Source: a virus
Direction: 5' to 3' (one strand)
DNA length: 64,000 bases
IMG/VR virus record: IMGVR_UViG_3300045996_002876
Location: 32,001 to 96,000 of that record
Below are positions 34,375 to 45,515 of this stretch, in pieces. The notes beneath the pieces are model-generated. The model had not been told where the DNA came from and did not search any database. It worked only from the letters and a program-made list of their open reading frames with translations. Within the stretch, counting starts at the first letter, position 1, and every line of letters begins with the position of its first letter. The position numbers and the translations under genes were made by a program.

Positions 34375-35928
34375 ATGACCTACGACCCGACGTACCTGGC
34401 CCGCCAGGAGGCCGCCCGCCAGCTCCAGGAGCGGGTGGCCCTCCAGTACCGGCTGGCCGAGCGGATCAGCTCGGCCTCGTACATCGAGTACCTCAAGCAC
34501 GTGGTCATCGACTCGGCCCCGGAGCCCCGGAAGTTCGTCGAGAAGGCGGAGGACTGGCAGTGGGACCAGGCCTACACGGTGGCCGGGCCCCTGGAGGTGG
34601 TGTGCGGGGTCAAGAAGAAGTACGACGGCCCGCGGATGCTCTGGCGGACCCTCCCCCGGGGCCACGACAAGACGTCGTCCACCGGCCGGGCCCTGAACTG
34701 GTGCCTGGCCTTCACCAAGCGGTACTTCTCGGCCGTGGTGGCGGCCGCCGACCGCGAGCAGGCCGGGTACCTGACCGAGTTCATGCGGCAGGAGGCCGAC
34801 CTCAACCCCTGGTTCAAGAACCGCCTCCAGTTCAAGACCAACACCGTCGTCGGGTACAACGGGGCGAACCTCAAGGTCCTGGCGGCCGACGCGTTCGGGA
34901 CGTTCGGGCAGAAGCCGGACATCACCATCTGCGACGAGCTGAGCCACTGGCAGAGTGAGGGCCTGTGGGAGGCCCTGTACACCGGCCTGGGGAAGCGGGC
35001 CGGGCGGGGGGTCCTGCTCATCCTGTCGAACGCCGGGGTGATCGGGTCGTGGCAGTGGAAGGTCCGGGAGGAGGCCCGGCGGAGCTACGAGATGTTCCGG
35101 CGGACCGGGCGGCCGGGCCTCTGGCACTTCTTCGAGGCCCCCGGCCCGATGGCCTCGTGGATGAAGGGGACGGAGCTGTTCCGGGAGCAGGAGCGGACCC
35201 TCCCCCCGAACGTGTTCAAGCGGCTGTTCTTGAATAAGTGGCTCGACCCGGCCGACGACTGCGGGTTCGTCACCCGCGGGGAGGCCCAGGCCTGCGCCGA
35301 CAAGGGCCGGGAGCTGGGCCTGGCCATGCGGGACAAGGGGGAACCGGACGTCGAGTACGTGGCCTCCATCGACTACGGGCCCAAGAAGGACCGGACGGTC
35401 TGCACGGTCGGCCACCGGGAGGGGGAGACCCTGCCGATCGACCGGATGGAGGTCTGGCAGGGCAAGGACTTCCCGGACGGCCGCGTGCCGGTGGCGAAGG
35501 TCGAGGAGTGGATCGAGACCACGGCCAAGAACTTCCCTAAGGTCACCTTCCTGTGCGACCCCTACCAGCTCGAGGGGACCATCCAGCGGTACTCGTCCGT
35601 CTACCCGATGGAGCGGTTCGAGCCCCGCGGCGGCAAGGCCAACTACGAAATGGCCCAGATCCTCCGCCTCCTCCTGTGCGAGCGGCGGATCTTCTGGTAC
35701 CCGGGGTGTGGGTCGGTCCTGGTCAAGCACCCCGGGGGGGCCTTGCAGGAGCACACCCTGGTGGACGAGCTGGCCGAGCTGATCACCAAGCAGATGAGTT
35801 ACGGGTACCGCCTGGACCACATGAGCAACAAGCACGACGACCGCGCGGTCGGGATTGGCATGCTGGCCTGGCGCCTGATCGGGTCGGAACGCCGCCGCCA
35901 GTTCCGCTTCTCGGAGCACTACCTGTGA
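34375..35928 (+). CDS. terL: Terminase large subunit
   Basis: Walker A LPRGHDKT, Walker B ITICDEL, motif III LSNAG, nuclease IDYG..KDRT..DPYQ..HDD. Confidence 0.88.
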   Translation: MTYDPTYLARQEAARQLQERVALQYRLAERISSASYIEYLKHVVIDSAPEPRKFVEKAEDWQWDQAYTVAGPLEVVCGVKKKYDGPRMLWRTLPRGHDKTSSTGRALNWCLAFTKRYFSAVVAAADREQAGYLTEFMRQEADLNPWFKNRLQFKTNTVVGYNGANLKVLAADAFGTFGQKPDITICDELSHWQSEGLWEALYTGLGKRAGRGVLLILSNAGVIGSWQWKVREEARRSYEMFRRTGRPGLWHFFEAPGPMASWMKGTELFREQERTLPPNVFKRLFLNKWLDPADDCGFVTRGEAQACADKGRELGLAMRDKGEPDVEYVASIDYGPKKDRTVCTVGHREGETLPIDRMEVWQGKDFPDGRVPVAKVEEWIETTAKNFPKVTFLCDPYQLEGTIQRYSSVYPMERFEPRGGKANYEMAQILRLLLCERRIFWYPGCGSVLVKHPGGALQEHTLVDELAELITKQMSYGYRLDHMSNKHDDRAVGIGMLAWRLIGSERRRQFRFSEHYL

Positions 35929-35948
35929 CCCCCCGCCCCGAGCCCCGC

Positions 35949-36672
35949 ATGGACGGCAAGTCCCTCGCCCGCGCCCGCCGCCAGTGCCTCCTCGCCCTCC
36001 GCCGGGCCGACCGGGCCGGGGTCGAGGGGCTGACCCTGACCGACCTGTTCGGGTACCTGTCCACCCGGAAGGCCTTCCGGGACTTCCGGGCCTGGTCCTT
36101 CCGCGAGATCCTCGGCGTCCTCCGGGACAGCCGGGCCCCGGGCCCGGACCTGGCCGAGGACGTGATCGGGGCCCTCGAGTGGCTGGCCTCGGACGGCCTC
36201 TTGGTCATCGGGGAGGGGGACGGGGAGACGGTCCTGTTGTTAACCGAGCGGGGCCGCGACCCCGGGGAGAAGTGATGGCCCACCCCGGCTACGCGTGCAA
36301 GGCCTGTGCGAAGACGTACCACTGGTGCTGCTCGTGCGGGGACCCGACGGCCGACCCGGACTTCCACGCCCTGGCCGCCGGGTACTGCTCTCCCGCCTGC
36401 CTGGAGGCCGGCGGGGGCCCGCCGTTCGTGCCGGAGTCCGCCGACGAGGAGGGGACATGACCACCTACCGCGACACCCCCGTCTGCCCGACGTGCGGGCG
36501 GGTGGCCGACGAGGACTGGGACGTCCACATCGACATGGACTACTACTGGCGGGGCTGGTCGACCGGGGACACGGCCTTCGTCCTGTGCCGGGGGTGCGAC
36601 ACCGGGTACGAGGTGGAGTGCCTGGCGGTCCCGACCTTCCGGAGCTACCCGATTCCCGAAAGGGGGAAGTGA
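35949..36672 (+). other. Three small hypothetical genes (35949-36275 wHTH-like; 36275-36460 and 36457-36672 Cys-rich)
   Basis: Stop-start overlaps; CxxC pairs. Confidence 0.55.
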
Positions 36673-36673
36673 C

Positions 36674-37081
36674 ATGAGCGTGCTACTTGGGTCGGCTCAC
36701 TGGGACTGGACCAAGCGGCCGACCGGGGTGTGGGACCGCCGGGCCCCGGGCCTGGCCCACCCGCGGGCCGTCTTCCCGCCGGTCCAGTGCATGGTGGTCA
36801 ACGCCGTCGGCGGGCGGGTCGAGGACGTGGTGGCCGTCGACTTCGACGCCGACCGGGTGTGCGTCCTGTCCCACCGGTACGAGGACGGGAAGAAGGTGTT
36901 CACCTGCGACCCGGTCACCCGCCGGCCGGTCGAGGAGTGGGTCCACGTCCCGGGGGTGACCGTCCGCCCCCTCCCGGCCGAGCTCCTGCTCGAGCAGGAG
37001 CGGAAGGCCCTGGCCAGGAAGGGGTACAAGCGGGAGGCCGACGGGACGATCTCGACCGGGCACCCGACGGCCGACGCCTAG
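36674..37081 (+). CDS. Hypothetical protein (135 aa)
   Basis: Last gene of the rightward block. Confidence 0.6.
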   Translation: MSVLLGSAHWDWTKRPTGVWDRRAPGLAHPRAVFPPVQCMVVNAVGGRVEDVVAVDFDADRVCVLSHRYEDGKKVFTCDPVTRRPVEEWVHVPGVTVRPLPAELLLEQERKALARKGYKREADGTISTGHPTADA

Positions 37082-37102
37082 GGACCGGACACCCGACCGC
37101 CG

Positions 37103-37146
37103 AAAAACAAAAAGACGGCGAGCCTTGAGGGCTCGCCGTCTTTTTT
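37103..37146. terminator. Bidirectional intrinsic terminator
   Basis: A-tract, GACGGCGAGCC-TTGAG-GGCTCGCCGTC, T-tract at the convergence of the two blocks. Confidence 0.9.
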
Positions 37147-37194
37147 ATTGGGAAGGCCGGTCCGGCCGTCATCCAGAAGGGGCGAACGGAAAGG

Positions 37195-37662
37195 TCACGA
37201 GGCCACCTCGATCTCGTCCTCGAAGTACCAGGCCACCTTCGTCGGGGCCGGGCGGAAGGCCGGCCCGTTCCCGAACCACACCATGTACGGGGGCTGGAGC
37301 CAGTCGAACTCGGCCCGCCCCTTGACGACCCCGACCGCCCCGGTCTGTTTGTCCCGGACCCGGTCGTTGAGATTGAACGCGAACACGGTCAGTTCCTGTC
37401 GGGGGTCTCGATCTACTCCGGATTCCCGGCCCGCCCCGGCGAGCCAGGCCGGTCAAACTTACGCACGTCAGGTCCCCGCGGGGTAGTACTGGTCGGCCCG
37501 GATCGGGACGACCCGGACGTTCGACGGGCTGGACTCACAGTGCCAGTCCTTCCGGGCCCGCTCGGCCACCTGCTCGGCGATCGGCCGGGTGGTGCAGACG
37601 GCCAGGACCGCGTCGTCCGGTAAAGAGGCCCCCCGGACCAGGTACAAGTGCTCCGTATCCAT
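37195..37662 (-). other. Two small hypothetical genes (37195-37386, 37468-37662)
   Basis: 63-64 aa protein-like ORFs. Confidence 0.55.
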
Positions 37663-37883
37663 TATCCCCTCGCCTCCACTTCCACCGGGCTCCCGGCGGC
37701 CCACACCTCGGTCCTGGCCTCGCGGACGGTGAACGTCCGGTCGCCCACGGTCACCTCCCGCTCGGCCATGTTCCGGACGGACACTCCGGCCGCCCCCAGG
37801 TTCCGGACCACCTTGTACCGGCGGCCGGCGTACCAGAAGCCCCGGCCCTTCGGGAGGTCGCCGAGGCGGACGGTCTTCCTCAT
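37662..37883 (-). CDS. Small protein of the DLxxG family
   Basis: VRLGDLPKGRGFWYAGRRY. Confidence 0.65.
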   Translation of the reverse strand: MRKTVRLGDLPKGRGFWYAGRRYKVVRNLGAAGVSVRNMAEREVTVGDRTFTVREARTEVWAAGSPVEVEARG

Positions 37884-38037
37884 GCGACTTCAACCAGGCC
37901 GGCGCCGTCGATCTCGTCCAGGAGTTCGTCATTCTCCTCCCCGGGCTCGTCGTGGTCCAAGATCGAACAGTCGGCCGGGACCGAACAGAAGACGGCGGTC
38001 ACACACCCGCCCTCGCAGACCACGATGATTCGCGGCT

Positions 38038-40858
38038 TCACGGGCCCCTCCTCCCGGCCTTCCGTCGCCGCCGGGCGATGGCCCGGACGGCCCCCAGGAG
38101 GGTCCGGAAGTACAGCCCGCGGGAGTCCGTGAGGGTCATCCCGCCGGGGCTGACCGGGATGTACGGGTAGGCGAACCCCTTCCAGTATCGGACCCGCCAG
38201 CCCGACGCGGGGTGGTGGTAGGTGATCCGGCCGTCGGGGTCCGGCCCGGCCTCCACCCAGCCGGCCGGAAGTCTGGTTTTGGCTCTCATGTCACCTCCGC
38301 CGGGGTCACTTTGGCCAGGGCTTGCTCCAGCCGCCACACGGCGACCCGTTCGAGCAGGTCTTCGGGCTTACTCCTGACCGGCCAGGTGAACCCGCACGGG
38401 CACTCCCCGGTCCCGGCGTACCGGCCGGCCTCGTCCGGGGCCCAGACGGTGGTGGCCGGGGCCTCGCAGGCGGGACAGGCGGTCACGCGGACCTCCAGGG
38501 GGCGTCCCCAAGAAAGTCCGTTACCAGGGCCTCCAGCCGGCCCAGGCGGCGGGCGCAGGTGGTCAGGTTCAACCAGACGACTTCGCGGACCGGGGGCGAG
38601 GCCCCGTCGCAGACCACCTGGCTGAAGGCGTAATTCGCGTCCACGAACCGGTAGGTCGCGTCCATGACCTCCCGGAGGAGGCCGCGGGCGTACTCCAGCT
38701 TACACTCGGGACACAGGTCCTTGACCTGCCGGTGGACGCAGTCCCCGGAGTGTCTCTCGCCGCCGGCGCTCATGGGGTCTCCCTGGTTATCCGGACCCGG
38801 AACACGACGGTCACCTCGACCTCCCGGTCGACCCACCCGATGTCGTCGTACCGGGGCGCCCGCGGGGGCAGGAGGGACAAGCCGTCGTACCGGGTCTCCC
38901 GGTACAGGAACGGGTCCCGGTCGGTCACGTTCCACCGCTCGAGGGCCTCGCGGACGGCCTGGGCCTCGGGGACGGGCTCGGGCCGGGGCGGCGGGGGCAA
39001 GGGGGGCATCAGGAGCCCTCCCGCGGGCGGATCTTCGGGGAAAAGACCACGTCGGCCTGGCACACGGGACAGGGCGCGTGCCCGAACGCCAGGTGGTCCC
39101 GCGGGTCGTGCTCGACCCGGAGCTCGGCCCGGGTCGCTTCCAGCTCGGACTTACAGGAGTGACAGTCGCCCAACCAGCGGGCGTCGGCCGGGGGCGTACC
39201 CCGCTTGAGGATCTTCAACTCTCGTCCTCCCGGATGGCCTGGTCGGCGGCCCGGTGGACGTCCCGGGCCAGGAGGTCGACCCCGGCCGTCGGGGCGGCCA
39301 TCCGGCGGACCCGACACAGGGCGTCAAAAAGGGCCTCGGCCCGCTCCCGCTCGACGGCCAGCTCCCGCTCCAGCCACCCGTCCCGGGGGACGACCGGCGG
39401 GGGGCCGTCGGGGGGCCGGGGGGCCTCCGCGACCCCGCGGGCGGCCAGTTCGAACCCGCTGTCTCCGGTCATGCCTTCCTCCTCGGTGGGCGGTCAGTCA
39501 CCGGGGCGGGTCTTCCCGCCCCTCAGTAGTAGGAGCCGCAGGACGGCCCGCCGGGGGTACCGGCGGCCGCCGTCCAGGACCAGGGTCCCGTTGGGCGTCC
39601 GGGTGACGAACCGGCCGTCGGCCGACGACCCGTCCCGGAACACGACCCGGACCATTTTCCCGGGGTAGGTGGCGGTGTGCTTACCCATCACCATCACCGG
39701 GCGGCCCGCCGGGGCCCCAATCGTACTCGCCGGTCCGGTCGGCCTCCCGCTCGAACCGGTCCTGCTCGTCCTGGTGGCGGTTGCACAGGGGCTCCTCCCG
39801 CCCCCGGTGGTCGAAGGTGGCCAGGCTGTCACACCGGGCGCACAGGCCGGCGGCCGACCGGGCCCGGATATACTCGGGGCCGTGGAGGGCCTCCCAGACG
39901 GCCGGCCCGAGGCCGGCCAGGGCCTTCCGGTACAGGAGCCCGACCTCGTTGGCCAGGATTACGTCCGGGGCGTTGAGCCGGAGGAGACGGGCCAGCCGGT
40001 CAACAGAGGCCAGGAGGCGGGCCCGGAGCTCGGGGGTCAGAGTCGGTTTGAACTCACTCATGCTCAGTCCCACCCGTATTTGTCGGACACCAGGCTCATG
40101 ATCTCGTCCAGGGTCCGGGCCCCGAGGACCTCCCACGGGGCCCCGTACGTCCACACCTCGCACAGGAACACGTCGGTCAGGGGGTCGTGCCAGACGGACC
40201 CGCAGAAGTCCCACCCGCTGTACTGGCCGAACCCGTCCGGGTTGGCCCGGAGGAGGGCCTCGGCCCCGTCCTCGACCCGGTGGTCGAAGTTCGACATGAC
40301 CTCGCCCAGGCGGCGGGGCGGGCGGATGGAGCTACTCATCGTCCTCGCCCGCCGGCAGGGCCTCCGCCTCGAACCCCCCGCGGTCGTGGACGGCGAGCTG
40401 GTTGTTGTCCTTCCAGAAGATCAGGTACCCGACTTCGGAGTCCGGGTCCCCGTCCTCTACCGCCGTCTCGTCCAGGACGTCCCGGGCCGTGTACTCGTGC
40501 CCGTTCCCGTCCATGCCCAGCCAGTGGACCTTTCGCGAGGGCCAGTGGACGATCACGGCCCCGTACGCCATCTCGGAGTCGGGGAGCATTATTCGTCCTC
40601 CGCGAACGGGAGTTCGCCGGCTTCCAGGGCGACCTTCAGGACCCGAAGGATGTAGGCCTCCTCCCCCTCGCCCTCGAGCAGAGGGAAGGTCTTCCAGGCC
40701 TCCAGGTCCCGGACGTCGAACGTGCTCGCCCGCTCGGTCACGTCGGTCGTGAACGAGTACCGGAGGGGGCGGGAGTACAGGTCGTCCTTGTACGCCCGGT
40801 ACACGGACACCCCGTTGGCCCGCAGGACCTCGTCCGGCTCGACCCAGTCCATCGGCAT
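38038..40858 (-). other. Dense run of small hypothetical genes (38038-38289, 38286-38486, 38483-38773, 38770-39009, 39009-39218, 39215-39472, 39494-39694, 39681-40061, 40064-40297, 40332-40589, 40589-40858)
   Basis: Overlapping stop/start codons; several Zn-ribbon CxxC pairs. Confidence 0.6.
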
Positions 40859-40861
40859 GGC

Positions 40862-41242
40862 TCAGTACTCCGAGGGCAGGAGGATCAAGGGTACCGTGGT
40901 GTCCAGGTACAAGGTAATCTCGGAGAGCGGGAAATCCGTGAATTCCAGCTCCTTCCGCCAGTACACCGGCCCGGCCGTGTCGTGGACGCACTCCAGGACG
41001 GCGGTCCTGTCGGGGTTGACCCGGAGTTTCCAGAAGACCATGGGGTCTCTCCGGATCTCCGGCGTCTCCACCCAGGCCCCCCATATTTCGCCGAGGAGCC
41101 AGTGACAACCGGCCTCCCGCATTAAAAACCGGAAGCCTTCCGTGTACGTCAGATCCCGGAACAGGGGGTCCCGGTACGTCTGGTCCCCGCCGGTGAACTG
41201 GCGGAGCCCGGCCTCGAGGTCGGCGGCGGTCACTTCACACAC
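40862..41242 (-). CDS. DUF6876-like protein
   Basis: FTG..YR..YTEG..AGCHWL..FWKL..FTDFPL. Confidence 0.7.
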   Translation of the reverse strand: MCEVTAADLEAGLRQFTGGDQTYRDPLFRDLTYTEGFRFLMREAGCHWLLGEIWGAWVETPEIRRDPMVFWKLRVNPDRTAVLECVHDTAGPVYWRKELEFTDFPLSEITLYLDTTVPLILLPSEY

Positions 41243-41421
41243 TCCTTGAGCCGGGCCCTATGTTCGGCCCACCAGAAAACCCAGACGACCCCCAGGGCGA
41301 CCGGCCAGGCCAGGGCGTACCCGGCGTACCCGAGGAGGGCCCGCTTCGGCCGGCGGGGGTCCAGGAACGTCCCCAGGGCGAACAGGTAGACGGCCAGGGC
41401 GACGAGCAGGTAGTGGGTCAC
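41230..41421 (-). CDS. Small membrane protein
   Basis: Two hydrophobic segments, ALAWP. Confidence 0.6.
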   Translation of the reverse strand: MTHYLLVALAVYLFALGTFLDPRRPKRALLGYAGYALAWPVALGVVWVFWWAEHRARLKECVK

Positions 41422-41876
41422 GGGCCGTCGTCCTCCCCGCCGGACTCGGAATCGTCCAGGAACGGGTACTTGCCGGCGTCGAAGGCCCCGACGAAGGACG
41501 ACACCGCCTCGGGGGCCGGGATGCTCACGGTCTGGCTATCGCTTCCCTGCTCGAAGAACTCGACGGCCACCTCCCCGCCGGTCACCGAGGACTCGACCCA
41601 GTCGGAAAACGAGTACCCGCCCTCGGGGTCGAACTTCCGGGTCAGCCAGTGGGCGACCGGGCAGTGGTGGCAGTCCTCGGGGTACCCGGACACGCCGGCT
41701 GCCCGGAGGGTGCCCGCGATCTTGTCCGGCGTGTCCCCCAGCTCGGCCAGGGCCGCCTCCAGGTCTTGTACGGTGATCTTCACGGTCTCTCCTTGGTCCT
41801 TCAGGAGCCCGCGGGCCTTCTCCGCCACGCCGGCGGTCGGGTTCCTGGGGGCGGCCTTCTTCTTGGGGGCGGTCAT
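41418..41876 (-). CDS. Hypothetical protein
   Basis: GYPEDCHHCPVAHWL..FDAGKYP. Confidence 0.65.
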   Translation of the reverse strand: MTAPKKKAAPRNPTAGVAEKARGLLKDQGETVKITVQDLEAALAELGDTPDKIAGTLRAAGVSGYPEDCHHCPVAHWLTRKFDPEGGYSFSDWVESSVTGGEVAVEFFEQGSDSQTVSIPAPEAVSSFVGAFDAGKYPFLDDSESGGEDDGP

Positions 41877-41974
41877 CGGTCCTCCAGGCGCCAGATGGAC
41901 CACACGATCAGCAGGGTGAGGGCCGTCCGGGGGTCCAGGGCCCAGACGGCCGGGAGCATGACTTTGAGGTCCAC

Positions 41975-42424
41975 CTAGGACGTCAGCCTTTCGCACTTCG
42001 GGCACACGAAGATCCGGCCCCCGGCCACGTGGTCGGCCGGCTTGAAGGCCTGGGCCCCGTCGTCCTCCTCGACCAGGATCCGCTCCTTGGCCGGCCCGTC
42101 GAACACGCACTGTTCGTCGTTCCAGAAGAACGCGAAGTCGCAGTGTTCGCAAACCCGGTAATACGTGTCCGGCGAGATCACCCCGTCAGCTATACCGTCC
42201 GCGTCCACCGGGATCATGTCCGGCCGCTGGCACTTCGGGCACTTGCGAAACACCCGCGGGCCGTCGGTGTGGGAGACCTCGCACTCGGCCTCGTCGATGA
42301 ACAGGTGGCAGTGGGGGCACCCGACGAACATCCCCCGGGAGACCGCCTTGACCAGCTCGTCGCAGGTGACCAGCCGGATCGACCAGAGGGGGAACCGGTC
42401 GAGGTCTCGGGTGTATTTCGGCAC
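41975..42424 (-). CDS. Multi-Zn-ribbon protein
   Basis: Four CxxC motifs. Confidence 0.65.
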   Translation of the reverse strand: MPKYTRDLDRFPLWSIRLVTCDELVKAVSRGMFVGCPHCHLFIDEAECEVSHTDGPRVFRKCPKCQRPDMIPVDADGIADGVISPDTYYRVCEHCDFAFFWNDEQCVFDGPAKERILVEEDDGAQAFKPADHVAGGRIFVCPKCERLTS

Positions 42425-42482
42425 TTTCAGGAACCTCCGGACGCCCGGCGGGCGACGTTAGTCGCCCGCCGGGCGGGGCTGG

Positions 42483-43082
42483 TTAGCAGGCGATCTGGGT
42501 GGCGGCCTCGGCCTTCTCCCGGAAGGCCGCCCGGGCCTCCTCGACCCCGGCGGCCACCGGCCCGCGGGCGTCCCCGAGGAGGTCGGCCAGGTCCCCGGCC
42601 CGCGCCCGGAGGGCGGTCAGCTTGGCCCCCATGGCCTTCAGGGTCCGGCTGTCCGTGTCCGGGCTGTACCCGGCGATCGTCCGGGCGTACTCGTCGGTCT
42701 GCCGGGCCAGCCCGTCGCGGACGGCGTCGCGGGCGATCTTCCGCCCGGCCGGGGTGTCCGGGACCGGGCTGTGGGACACGTCCCCGCCGGCCGCCAGGAG
42801 GGCCTTGCCGAAGGCCACGAACGCGTCCAGGCGGGCGGCCGGGACGAAGTGGACGCCGCTCCGGGGGCGGACCTGGAACGGGCTCATTGTGTCGAGGGCG
42901 ACCTTCTGGAACAGGGCGGCCACGTCGGCCGCGGCGTAGGCGGGCTTGTCGGCCAGGTACCCGCCCAGGCCGTGGGCCTCGAGGGCGGCGGCCAGGTCGG
43001 CCGGGGCCAGGTCGGCCTCCGGGGTGGCCCACCACACCAGCTCGCCGAGGGGCTTCGGGGTCTCTTTCGTCGTCGGGGTCAA
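42483..43082 (-). CDS. DUF6744-like protein
   Basis: LGELVWW..L..HGL..VRP..GVHFVP; TTG start after GGAG. Confidence 0.5.
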   Translation of the reverse strand: MTPTTKETPKPLGELVWWATPEADLAPADLAAALEAHGLGGYLADKPAYAAADVAALFQKVALDTMSPFQVRPRSGVHFVPAARLDAFVAFGKALLAAGGDVSHSPVPDTPAGRKIARDAVRDGLARQTDEYARTIAGYSPDTDSRTLKAMGAKLTALRARAGDLADLLGDARGPVAAGVEEARAAFREKAEAATQIAC

Positions 43083-43132
43083 GTCGGTCTCCGTAAGGAA
43101 CAAGGGGTGTCTACCGGCCGCCCACACGGGGC

Positions 43133-43594
43133 TCACTTTGCCTGGTCCGCCTCCGGGTCGTCGTACACGGCCCAGGCGGGCAGGGCGTCGCCGGGGGCCG
43201 GGGTTTCCGGGGACGAGAAGTCCATCCGCTCGACCCGGTCGGCGATTTCGGGGAAGGTCAGCCGGTAAGTGTCGTTCAGGATGATGAGCCGGTTCCCGAT
43301 ACGGAAGGCCTCGTCCGCGGCCAGGCCGAGGAGGGCCTGGAGGACTTCGATCGGGACCGCGGACCCGTAGTAAACGTGCGCGGCCGGACTGACGGCCGGG
43401 GCGTAAACCCGACAGGTCGTGTCGCCCGGCTCGGGGGCGACGGCCCACACGGGGTCGAACAGGGCGCAGGCCACGCCCAGACAGCAGTAGGCGGGGCCGG
43501 TCGGGAGGTCCTTCCGGAGGGACCTCGTGGTCTGGCGGTGGTCGCCGGACCGGAGGGCGGCGACCCAGTCCTGTTTGGTTGGCGTCCGGGTCAT
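43133..43594 (-). CDS. Conserved phage hypothetical protein
   Basis: WVAALRSG..Q..YCCLGV..ND..FPEIAD. Confidence 0.7.
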   Translation of the reverse strand: MTRTPTKQDWVAALRSGDHRQTTRSLRKDLPTGPAYCCLGVACALFDPVWAVAPEPGDTTCRVYAPAVSPAAHVYYGSAVPIEVLQALLGLAADEAFRIGNRLIILNDTYRLTFPEIADRVERMDFSSPETPAPGDALPAWAVYDDPEADQAK

Positions 43595-43890
43595 CGGGCC
43601 TCCTGGGGTACGGCCTGGACGAACAGCCGGCCCTGCCGCATGTACACCCGGAGGCCCCCGCGGGACCGGCACAGCCGGTTCAGGGTGGCGTACAGGTGGG
43701 TCGGCTTGGTCCCGCGGGGGACCGGGACCTCGACGTACCCGCCGGTGGCCCCGCGGGCCCGGTCCAGGTAGGGGTCGTATTTGGACGTCGCGGCCGGCCG
43801 GCCCAGGCGGCCGGCGGGCGGGAGTTCGGTCAGGACGGGGATGGCGGTCAACGGGGTCTCCGGGTAAGGATTCGGGACCGGCGGGGCCAA
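43591..43890 (-). CDS. Hypothetical DNA-binding-like protein
   Basis: LPP..GR..SKYD. Confidence 0.55.
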   Translation of the reverse strand: MAPPVPNPYPETPLTAIPVLTELPPAGRLGRPAATSKYDPYLDRARGATGGYVEVPVPRGTKPTHLYATLNRLCRSRGGLRVYMRQGRLFVQAVPQEAR

Positions 43891-43914
43891 AAGGCCCCGC
43901 CGGGCGGCCGGGGG

Positions 43915-45510
43915 TTAGTCGGCGATCTCGAGGCCGGCGGCGGCCATCACGGTCCGGGCCGCCCGGCCGGGGGAGCCGGCCCGCAGGTCGGTCAGTTCCG
44001 TCAGGGCCTCGGCCTCGTCCTGGGTGGCGTTGTTCCAGAAGGAGATCATGACCTCCTGGGGGTCGGTCTGGAGGGGGGCCCCGTCGGCCTCCGGGTCCCA
44101 CAGGACCCGGTGGTCGTCGACGTCCACCCACAGGACCGGGTTGAGGCTGGCGTCCACGTACCCGGAGTCGGCCAGCGGGTGGTACGGGCTCCGGGCGTCC
44201 AGGTGGGCCAGGAGCAGGTCCTCGGCCATCCGCCGGTCGGCGGCCGCCCCGCCGGCGTCCGGAGGGGTCTCGGCCGGGTCCGGATCGACCGGGAAGTCGA
44301 CCTCCCCGTCCAGCCCGACCCCCCGCTGAAAGGCCTCGACGGCCTCGTCCAGGGACCGGGGCTCGGCCGGAACGAACCCGGTCAGCCGGGGTGGCGTCGG
44401 CCGGTCGTCCGCCAGCACCTCGGCCAGGGGCCGGCCGGACAGCTCGGCCCGGACGGCCTCCGGGATGGCCCGGGTGGTCACGTCGTGCAGGCTGACCGCC
44501 GGGCTCGTCCCGGCCGGGGCGTCCGGGAGGGCCTTGAAGGTGGTGACCGACGACCCGGACCGGTAGGTCGTTCGGGTGACCTCCCGCCGCCCGCCGGCGG
44601 TGACCTCCGTCCAGGTGACCGAACTCAGGACGTCCGCCGGGCCCCCCTTGGCTTTCCGGTCCGCGTCGCCGGCGTCCGCCGGGGCGGTCGGAGGGGCGGG
44701 GCTTTTGAGGGCGGCCGGGACCGGGGTGTCGAAGTCCCCCTCGTACAGGGCGTGGTTGGTCCCGGCGTAGGCCCCGGCGTAGGCCCCGGCGTACCCGCCC
44801 TGCCAGGTCTTGCGGCTGGCGTACGTCCCGACGTCGAGCCGGCCGTACGCCCGGCACTTGTCCCAGGCCCCGTCGGTCACGTCGTACACGACCCGGCCGT
44901 CCAGGGGCTGGTGGAACCCGGGGGTCCACAGGCCGGCCGCCTCGACGGCCTCCTGGAGGTGGTCCTTCTTCGAGGACCAGGCCACCCCCATCCGGGTGCC
45001 CTTGTCGCGGAAGTCCATTCCGGCCAGGTCGCCCCCGTTGAAGAAGCAGACCCGCCACCGGCGGTCGCGGGAGTCGAACCACTCGATCGCCCCGTACGCC
45101 TCGACGTCGTCCAGGGACCGGCCCTCGGCCAGGTGGGCGAAGATGTGGGTCGAGTCGACGGCGAACGCCCGGTCGTACTTCCGGTTGAGCTCGGCGTGGT
45201 TGGCCACACACCCGTTGTGGGCCCCGACCACCGGGCCGACGACGAACGGGTGGGCGTTCTCCTTGGACTGCTCCCCGGTCGACGGGTACCGGGTGTGCAG
45301 GAACCCGCGGGGCTGGAGGGCCCAGTTGGTCCCGTACTGGGCCAGGAAGAGGGCCATGGTCTCGGCCCCCTTGCGGACCTTCTTGCCGTCGAACACCCCG
45401 TACCCCTTGCCCCCGCGGGCGTCGTTGTAGACCCCGAGGCCGAGGGCCAGGGCCCGCCGGGCCACCCGGCTCGGGGGGTTGCGCCACGCCCAACCTGCTA
45501 TTCCGCACAC
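43915..45510 (-). CDS. Class II glutamine amidotransferase with long C-terminal extension
   Basis: N-terminal (M)CGIAG, RG, HTRYPSTG, NAHPF, HNG, VDS. Confidence 0.9.
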   Translation of the reverse strand: MCGIAGWAWRNPPSRVARRALALGLGVYNDARGGKGYGVFDGKKVRKGAETMALFLAQYGTNWALQPRGFLHTRYPSTGEQSKENAHPFVVGPVVGAHNGCVANHAELNRKYDRAFAVDSTHIFAHLAEGRSLDDVEAYGAIEWFDSRDRRWRVCFFNGGDLAGMDFRDKGTRMGVAWSSKKDHLQEAVEAAGLWTPGFHQPLDGRVVYDVTDGAWDKCRAYGRLDVGTYASRKTWQGGYAGAYAGAYAGTNHALYEGDFDTPVPAALKSPAPPTAPADAGDADRKAKGGPADVLSSVTWTEVTAGGRREVTRTTYRSGSSVTTFKALPDAPAGTSPAVSLHDVTTRAIPEAVRAELSGRPLAEVLADDRPTPPRLTGFVPAEPRSLDEAVEAFQRGVGLDGEVDFPVDPDPAETPPDAGGAAADRRMAEDLLLAHLDARSPYHPLADSGYVDASLNPVLWVDVDDHRVLWDPEADGAPLQTDPQEVMISFWNNATQDEAEALTELTDLRAGSPGRAARTVMAAAGLEIAD

Positions 45511-45515
45511 GAGTA

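Noticed and set aside
37054-37103. Imperfect ~21-bp direct repeat (GACCGGGCACCCGACGGCCGA / GACCGGACACCCGACCGCCGA) as an att site
   Set aside because: Adjacent local duplication at a gene end; no integrase in the window
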